Source: Bacteroidota bacterium (GTDB lineage: Bacteria; Bacteroidota; Bacteroidia; Flavobacteriales; BACL11). From it: 64,000 nt of DNA. Location of the stretch: the NCBI GenBank assembly GCA_028408365.1, contig JAOOLD010000002.1:80409-144408 (forward strand), read 5' to 3'. Both the position numbers and the translations under genes were made by a program. Below, in pieces: positions 58,345 to 64,000 of this stretch. A model generated the notes under the pieces. That model searched no databases. It saw only the letters and a program-made list of their open reading frames with translations, and was not told the DNA's origin. Each line of letters starts with the position of its first letter. Position 1 is the stretch's first letter.

Positions 58345-58911
58345 TTAATTTTGAGTTTTTAAAAATTCGGAGTATTCATTGGAACCCATTGTCATACCTG
58401 AAATTAAACTTACACATTCAATTGTGATTTCAATTGATGAGATATTTTTTTTAAATATAAATTTTCTCCCATCATATGAGGTTAAACTGTTTTCATCTGA
58501 ATTAAAACATATATTACAAAATAAGTGATCACCCAATAGTTCTGAACAACTTATTCCAAATTTATCATAAGAAAAATCAAAATCAGATTTTGATAATGTA
58601 GTTTTTAATTCTCTACGATTTTCATGATAATTTTCTGGATGGATATTGTTTTTTGTCATATAATTTTCTTTTGTACAGTTACCTGTAACTTTATATTTGG
58701 TTTCTTCTAACCCATTATGACTACGATGTTTCTTTTTCTGAACATTTTCTATTCTACAATGTTTAACACAATATGTGTTAACAGACTCTTTATCTTTTAA
58801 ATAAAAAATTTTTTCATAGTCTTCTTTTTCATATTTGTGATGTTTAAGTTTTGTATCAACAATATTTCCTCCAAATATCGAAAATGTTATACCAAATAGA
58901 ATTTCTAACAT
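58345..58911 (-). CDS. Hypothetical alanine-free protein, possibly two fused small ORFs
   Basis: 188-aa ORF with no Ala; internal ATG at 58659 preceded by an A-rich sequence. Confidence 0.6.
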   Translation of the reverse strand: MLEILFGITFSIFGGNIVDTKLKHHKYEKEDYEKIFYLKDKESVNTYCVKHCRIENVQKKKHRSHNGLEETKYKVTGNCTKENYMTKNNIHPENYHENRRELKTTLSKSDFDFSYDKFGISCSELLGDHLFCNICFNSDENSLTSYDGRKFIFKKNISSIEITIECVSLISGMTMGSNEYSEFLKTQN

Positions 58912-58930
58912 ATATTAAAATCAAATATTT

Positions 58931-59140
58931 TTATTTAATCGTACATGTATCAACACCAAATAACTTGTAAATCATACAAGTACCAACAACAGAATTAAAT
59001 AATAGAATTCCACCAATTACACATAGGAAAATTGAATAGTTTGATTGACCTAAGAAAATTGGAGTTGGTAATAAAAATAGTGAAATGATAAAACGAACAA
59101 TTCGTTCTGATTTGTTTTGGTTTGTTGTAAAAATCTTCAT
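58931..59140 (-). CDS. DUF2892/YgaP-like small membrane protein (alanine-free)
   Basis: NQNKSERIVR, two TMs, GTCMIYKLFGVDTC; TATCTTTG box at 59167-59160. Confidence 0.8.
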   Translation of the reverse strand: MKIFTTNQNKSERIVRFIISLFLLPTPIFLGQSNYSIFLCVIGGILLFNSVVGTCMIYKLFGVDTCTIK

Positions 59141-59211
59141 TTTTAATGTTTTATAATATCAAAGATATGATATTATCATTGAGTTAGACCTTAACCGTGT
59201 TTTTGGTCTAT

Positions 59212-59509
59212 CTAATCTACCATTTTTATATAGAACGGATAGGTTCTATTTGTCCCACTTTCACCCATACTCCAATATATTATTACGTCTTCATTACTGA
59301 TAGAAGGTTTTGGTAATGGTTCTGTTCTTATTTCTGTATACTCCATTTCTCCAGTTACTTTATTAAATATTACCCCTCTTGTGTCACCTAAAGCATGAAA
59401 CTCAAATTTAGTTGTTGTTTCTGTTTTAGTTGATCCCATCATTTCTACTAATATTAGAATCCCACAGATTCCAGATAGTACTTCTGCTGTAAAGTTTTTT
59501 TAGAGACAT
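59212..59509 (-). pseudogene. Small exported/membrane hypothetical gene with a +1 frameshift in an A7 run
   Basis: ATG TCT CT-A7-CTTT. Removing one A gives MSLKNFTAEVLSGICGILILVEMMGSTK, continuous with ORF 59212-59442. Confidence 0.55.
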
Positions 59510-59571
59510 TTAATTTTAACTGAGATTATTTATATTAGATTTACATATCTTCAATTTCAAAATTTTATAAA

Positions 59572-60063
59572 ATGAACAAATATTTTTAATTTATTTTAAT
59601 TTTTGTGTTTTTATCGTGTGAGGAAGAAATTAATAATGAAGTTGGCACTAATTGTAACAACATATCTGAACCAATTATCGGAACTTGGCAATATTTTTAT
59701 GATGAATATTACAATCCAGACGATAATGAATGGTTTGGAGAGAGTGATGTACAATGTTGTATTATATTTAACTCAGACGGTACTTTTGAAGATTTGAATG
59801 GTGGTACTGGTGATGATAGTACTATTGAATCTTGGCAAAATTTAGGAAATGGAACATACAGACTAAATGTAACTTTTGGTGCTCTTAATGTTCCTTTTGA
59901 TGTAGAACATGACATAGAATTCTTTTGCTTTGACAATGTTGTGAGATATTCTACAATAGCTAGTCAAAGCTCTAATAATGCAGGGTTATCAGGATTTCAA
60001 TATTTACATAGAGAGAATTATAACTGGCAATCTTGTGATAATATCCCATTTAATTCTTTATAA
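59572..60063 (+). pseudogene. Lipocalin-like lipoprotein gene with an in-frame TAA in the signal peptide
   Basis: MNKYF*FILIFVFLSCEEE with TAA at 59587-59589; the mature part has IIGTWQY and FNSDGTF. Confidence 0.6.
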
Positions 60064-60092
60064 ATATTTGAGATAATTATATTTCAGAATAA

Positions 60093-60446
60093 TTAGTTTA
60101 CTACAATTCTTGCTTTCATATTTGGCAAATGGGGAGTGCAAACATAATAGTAAGTTTTCAATTCATTGGCTACAATATAGCCTGAACTACCAAAATCAAA
60201 TATAAATCCATTTTCAAGAGGTGTAGAGGAGCTTGAGTTATATGTTTCCTCGCTTACTTCAATAGCATTATGAGTACCACCGAGTTCAAAAAAAATTGTA
60301 TCACCTATATTGCAATTTAAAGTGCTAGGCACAAAATTTAATCCACTTGTTCTGATTATATTTTCAGTGTTTGAAGGCTCATTACTTTCCTTTGAACAAG
60401 AAAAAAACACTAACATTAGTGATGCAATTAGAATTTGATTTTTCAT
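60093..60446 (-). CDS. Plastocyanin/azurin-like type 1 copper lipoprotein
   Basis: Lipobox FFSC, FVPSTL, THNA, YYVCTPHLPNM (His/Cys/His/Met ligand set). Confidence 0.85.
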   Translation of the reverse strand: MKNQILIASLMLVFFSCSKESNEPSNTENIIRTSGLNFVPSTLNCNIGDTIFFELGGTHNAIEVSEETYNSSSSTPLENGFIFDFGSSGYIVANELKTYYYVCTPHLPNMKARIVVN

Positions 60447-60513
60447 TTTTTTATTTTAAGTTCAAATTTACGTTTAATTATTGTCTAATGTAATTATTTC
60501 ATATTTTTAGTTT

Positions 60514-62172
60514 ATGAGAAAAATAAAAAAGGTAGTATTTGAATACCGTTGGTTTTTATCATTTTGGTTTTTAATCAATCTCTTACAAGCTAAATTTACA
60601 AATTTGCATTACGATGAAGCCTATTATTGGCTTTATTCAAAAGTATTGTCATGGGGGTATTTTGATCATCCTCCAATGATAGCAATTTCTAGTAAAATAG
60701 GTGATATGCTTTCAAATACAACATTAGGACTTAGAATTATACCAGTTATAATTGGTGTTTTTGTAATCTCAGCTATTATCTTTCTAATTGATGATAATAA
60801 AAATAAAAGTAATGTCTTTTTGTATATCATTTCTTTTCCATTAATCACAACACATATTGCTGGGTTTTTAAGTTTGCCCGATGCGCTATTATGTTTCTTT
60901 TTTGTGTTTTTTCTTATTTTCTATAAAAAGTATTTAAGAGATGATAGTGTAACTGTAGTAATCGCTTTATCAATAACAATAGCATGTATGATATATAGTA
61001 AATATCATGCTTTTATTATTTTATTATTTGTTTTTTTGGCAAATTTTAAATTAGTTTTTAAAAAAAGTTTTTGGATTATTTTCTCACTAACAATTCTTTT
61101 ATTGACCCCTCATATTATCTGGCAAATAAAGAACGATTATCCAAGTTTTATCTATCACCTAGACACAAGAGCCTCTGGCTTTAATTTGAACAACTTGTTT
61201 GAGTTTATTTTTGGGCAGATTGCTCTAGCAGGACCATTAAGTGGTATAGTTGTTATATACTTGACTATAAAGTTTAGAGCAAAAGATACTTTTGAGAAAA
61301 CATTAAAATACATTGCCATTGGTTTTTACCTTTTTTTCATTTTTTACTGCATTAATGGAAGGGTAGAAGCGCATTGGACTTCTGTTTCTACTATTGCACT
61401 AATTATTATATCATATAAACAAGTAAAAAATATATCATTAATTGATAAATTTTTCAAGTATTTAATTTATCCTTCTATTTTTTTAATTTTTTGTGCAAGA
61501 ATTGTTTTGGTTGGAAATAATTTTAACGAAAAATTAAGTTTGAAAAGAAATTTTATGAATATGGATAATTGGTCTAACGAGCTTGATTCCATTGCAAAAG
61601 GTAATGACATATTATTTACTAATAAATATCAAAATGTTTCAATTTACTCATACAGCAAAAATAAATTATACCCGTCGGCTTCAAAAACTGGCACAAGATT
61701 TAGTCAGATTGATTTGTTTAAAATGGATTCAATTTATGATGGTAAAAAAGTATTTGCCTTAGATTTTGGGAATGATATTTTTTGGAAATCCAAAAATGGA
61801 TCGGAGCACTATGGTAGTTTTATTAACGATTATTACTCTTACACTGGAGTAGAAATAGAAAACTCTTCATTAAGCTACAGTAAATCAACTGTAGATTTGG
61901 AGTTTGATTTAGTAAATAAAAGTTCAAAGAGTAGATTTTTAAATTACGATGAAAATCAAAAATTAAAGTTAACTTGCTACTTAGGTTCTAAAAAAAATGA
62001 ATTTTATCTTTTTGAAATTTGTGATAAAAAAGAAATCTTGTCAAAAGAAAGTATAAATATAAATATTAAGTTAAAAGATTTTAATCCATCCGATAATGAT
62101 AGAATTAATCTTCAACTTTCATCAAATGGTCTCAGAGTGTTTAATCAAAAAGTTGGTTTTTTTATTGATTGA
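60514..62172 (+). CDS. GT-C fold (ArnT/GT39-like) membrane glycosyltransferase
   Basis: DEAYYW, WGYFDHPPMIA, LPDA, SKYH; many TMs. Confidence 0.88.
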   Translation: MRKIKKVVFEYRWFLSFWFLINLLQAKFTNLHYDEAYYWLYSKVLSWGYFDHPPMIAISSKIGDMLSNTTLGLRIIPVIIGVFVISAIIFLIDDNKNKSNVFLYIISFPLITTHIAGFLSLPDALLCFFFVFFLIFYKKYLRDDSVTVVIALSITIACMIYSKYHAFIILLFVFLANFKLVFKKSFWIIFSLTILLLTPHIIWQIKNDYPSFIYHLDTRASGFNLNNLFEFIFGQIALAGPLSGIVVIYLTIKFRAKDTFEKTLKYIAIGFYLFFIFYCINGRVEAHWTSVSTIALIIISYKQVKNISLIDKFFKYLIYPSIFLIFCARIVLVGNNFNEKLSLKRNFMNMDNWSNELDSIAKGNDILFTNKYQNVSIYSYSKNKLYPSASKTGTRFSQIDLFKMDSIYDGKKVFALDFGNDIFWKSKNGSEHYGSFINDYYSYTGVEIENSSLSYSKSTVDLEFDLVNKSSKSRFLNYDENQKLKLTCYLGSKKNEFYLFEICDKKEILSKESININIKLKDFNPSDNDRINLQLSSNGLRVFNQKVGFFID

Positions 62173-62194
62173 TACTATTCAATTTCAATGCAAT

Positions 62195-62641
62195 TTAGTT
62201 TAAAGAGTTTTTAATATTATTTCTAAAAATTAAATGTAGAACTATTCCAAGGGGCATTAGTATAACGCTGAAAAAAATAGAGATTCTTAGTAGTGTCAGA
62301 TTGTTATTCCTTTTAATACCATCTGCCCAAACCCACCTTGTTGCAAATATATCACCTGCAACCATGTGAGCCCAAGTTGCAGTAGCTCCTATTTTAGTTG
62401 CTAGACCTTTTGACATACCGTTTATTAAACCTTCTGGGTGTGAAACCATATTGAAAAATTCAATTAACCCTTGTGGGTTTAAAAGCATTAGTAAGAACCA
62501 TATTATAATCGGACCCGTAAAGAATAAGGGTTTCGACATTAACTCTCTAGTTTTATTTTTATTTGGATTTACTAACATAGCAATCCAAAATGGACCAATC
62601 CATAGAGTTGAGATCAGAAAGGATATAGTATAAATATCCAT
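62195..62641 (-). CDS. ABA4-like (DUF4281) membrane protein
   Basis: PFWIAM..P, WAHMVAGDIF..RW, MPLG pattern. Confidence 0.7.
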   Translation of the reverse strand: MDIYTISFLISTLWIGPFWIAMLVNPNKNKTRELMSKPLFFTGPIIIWFLLMLLNPQGLIEFFNMVSHPEGLINGMSKGLATKIGATATWAHMVAGDIFATRWVWADGIKRNNNLTLLRISIFFSVILMPLGIVLHLIFRNNIKNSLN

Positions 62642-62650
62642 TCTATATTT

Positions 62651-63283
62651 CTAAAGATTGTAGATAAGGTTAACTTCTAAATCAAATTCGTCATATATCA
62701 TTTTATCTCCAATATTCTTGATGAAGCTTTTTGATTTATATTTGATACCGTATTTAGTGCGATCAATTTTGAGTTTAGCATTAGCCTTTCCGTTTGTCAT
62801 AATTGATTTAAACTTGATTGGATTGGTAATACCTCTTATTGTCATATCACCTTCAATTTCATAACTATTAATACCAATTTTTTTTACATTTCCCATCACT
62901 AACTTGGATGTAGGATATTCCTCTGAAAAAAAGAAATCTTCGTCTTTCAAATGACCTTCAAGATTTTTCTTTGAATTTCCGCTAAGATCAGTGCAATTGA
63001 TTGAATTCATATCTATAATTATTTCACCACCTTCAAATACTTTATCATTGAAGTGTAAATGAGCGCTTAGTATATCGATTGTTCCTTCATGAGTTCCGGT
63101 CAACTTTGCACCTTTCCAGTAAACAGTGCTTTCTGTTAAGTCTACATTAGCATGAGATTGTGAGTCATTTTCATGTTTATGTTCACTTTCACTTTTTTTG
63201 TCTGCTCTGCAGCCACAGTTTTTACACGCATTCGTTGTTAATGAGGCAAACATAACTGTGAGTATTAAAATGTAATTTTTCAT
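62651..63283 (-). CDS. YceI-family lipid/polyisoprenoid-binding protein with Cys/His-rich N-terminus
   Basis: STVYWKGAK..HEG, HLKDEDFF..YP, GDMTIRGIT, IDRTKYGI. Confidence 0.88.
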   Translation of the reverse strand: MKNYILILTVMFASLTTNACKNCGCRADKKSESEHKHENDSQSHANVDLTESTVYWKGAKLTGTHEGTIDILSAHLHFNDKVFEGGEIIIDMNSINCTDLSGNSKKNLEGHLKDEDFFFSEEYPTSKLVMGNVKKIGINSYEIEGDMTIRGITNPIKFKSIMTNGKANAKLKIDRTKYGIKYKSKSFIKNIGDKMIYDEFDLEVNLIYNL

Positions 63284-63317
63284 CTGTATAATTATCTTAG
63301 TGCAAAGTTATACAAAA

Positions 63318-63530
63318 TTACTTAAATACTAAAAGATAGCAAAGAATTAAAAATCCAAATATTATTATAACACTAAAAAGAAAATGTAAAAATGATTTTT
63401 TTGATTTTGCGAAACTTGATTTTGCGTATTTAATTTCATCATCTATCTTCTTTCGTGAAAGATCAATCTTAGCAACGAAGAATACAGTAGAAAAAATAAA
63501 AACTAAAAGTATTAAAATTATATTTCCCAT
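63318..63530 (-). CDS. Small two-TM hypothetical protein
   Basis: 70-aa ORF overlapping the stop of the S41 peptidase gene. Confidence 0.5.
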   Translation of the reverse strand: MGNIILILLVFIFSTVFFVAKIDLSRKKIDDEIKYAKSSFAKSKKSFLHFLFSVIIIFGFLILCYLLVFK

Positions 63531-64000
63531 GAACTAAATTTTTTGAGCGCAGCGTCTATAAATTCATCATTAATTGATAAGGTTTTATGGTAAAAGTAAT
63601 CACCCATCAAATTTCTACCAATAGAAGCTGTAATTAATAAATCTAGGTATTCCGATTCTATTTTTCCAAGTTTTGTAATGTATTCTTGTAATTTGTATTT
63701 TTTTATAAATTCGTCTCTAGCTTCTTTTATATTAAATTGGGAATAAAAGTTTTCTTCACTTATTTCAACTCCCTTTGATCTAATTATTGAAGCATAATCA
63801 AAGCAAAAATCTCTCAAAGAACCATTTACAAGCGCTAAATTAATCATTGAAAAATTTAAACTTGAATCTACAGGCACTATAACATCTGGGGTTATTCCAC
63901 CGTTAGACAATACTCTTCTTCCTTTTGTAGTTAAAAATTCCTTTTCAGAGTTTAGTGAATCTAGACTCTTGTAAGGTTTTTGGATGAATCTGCCGGATGG
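63518..64000 (-). CDS. S41-family C-terminal processing peptidase (3' part; 5' end outside the window)
   Basis: Frame open from 64000: PSGRFIQKPY...TTKGRRVLSNGGITPDV. Confidence 0.85.
   Translation of the reverse strand, partial: PSGRFIQKPYKSLDSLNSEKEFLTTKGRRVLSNGGITPDVIVPVDSSLNFSMINLALVNGSLRDFCFDYASIIRSKGVEISEENFYSQFNIKEARDEFIKKYKLQEYITKLGKIESEYLDLLITASIGRNLMGDYFYHKTLSINDEFIDAALKKFSSWEI

Larger units (their letters stand above)
58059..60063. mobile_element. Putative horizontally acquired, decaying islet downstream of glmS (no mobility gene)
   Basis: Abrupt loss of GpC, the longest intergenic gap in the window, small hypothetical genes and two broken genes. The right boundary is uncertain. 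Confidence 0.55.

Noticed and set aside
58059-59212. Integron attC interpretation of the islet hairpins
   Set aside because: GTTRRRY-like words (GTTGAAT, GTTAGAC) come before rather than after their complements, the hairpins are too short and no integrase is present.
59587-59589. Stop-codon reassignment or read-through at the in-frame TAA
   Set aside because: TAA terminates many normal genes here, so a single nonsense mutation or sequencing error is simpler.
58059-60100. Intact Tn7-like transposon at glmS
   Set aside because: No tns genes, no TGT end at the expected distance from the glmS stop, and no repeated TnsB-like sites or target duplication seen.
969-62633. Many short antisense or alternate-frame ORFs (e.g. 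1444-1806, 36449-36877, 43804-44292, 46773-47015)
   Set aside because: They lie within well-supported genes and show no recognisable motifs; they are shadow ORFs.

Overview
AT-rich (by eye below about 30% GC), very densely packed chromosomal segment of a Bacteroidota bacterium, most likely a streamlined marine Flavobacteriales. The lineage call rests on T9SS cargo, a PorP/SprF gene, TAnnTTTG promoters and Gln at +1 of secreted proteins. The window is mostly housekeeping: cysS, aspS, metG, trpS, tadA, trhO, dusB, rbfA, hflX, radA, panC, glmS, hemW, msrB, SOD and homogentisate-pathway genes. It also holds a 2198-aa SprB-repeat adhesin with its PorP/SprF partner, a secreted amidohydrolase pair and an ExbB-X-ExbD-ExbD operon. 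I saw no tRNA, rRNA, CRISPR array, integrase or transposase. The most unusual signals are: (1) about 1.36 kb starting in the last codons of glmS (58037-59392) with no GpC dinucleotide but 18 CpG by hand count, encoding two alanine-free proteins and followed by two broken genes, which points to foreign DNA from a GpC-depleted source; (2) nine genes whose start codon lies 4-5 nt after a TAnnTTTG-type box, implying frequent leaderless mRNAs including GUG starts; (3) a SOD gene with a probably leaderless twin-arginine extension upstream of a canonical internal start, suggesting two isoforms; (4) a candidate terminated, structured sRNA at about 16072-16185 (-); (5) an internally deleted aminotransferase remnant. 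All counts are manual and all family calls come from recognised motifs, not database searches.
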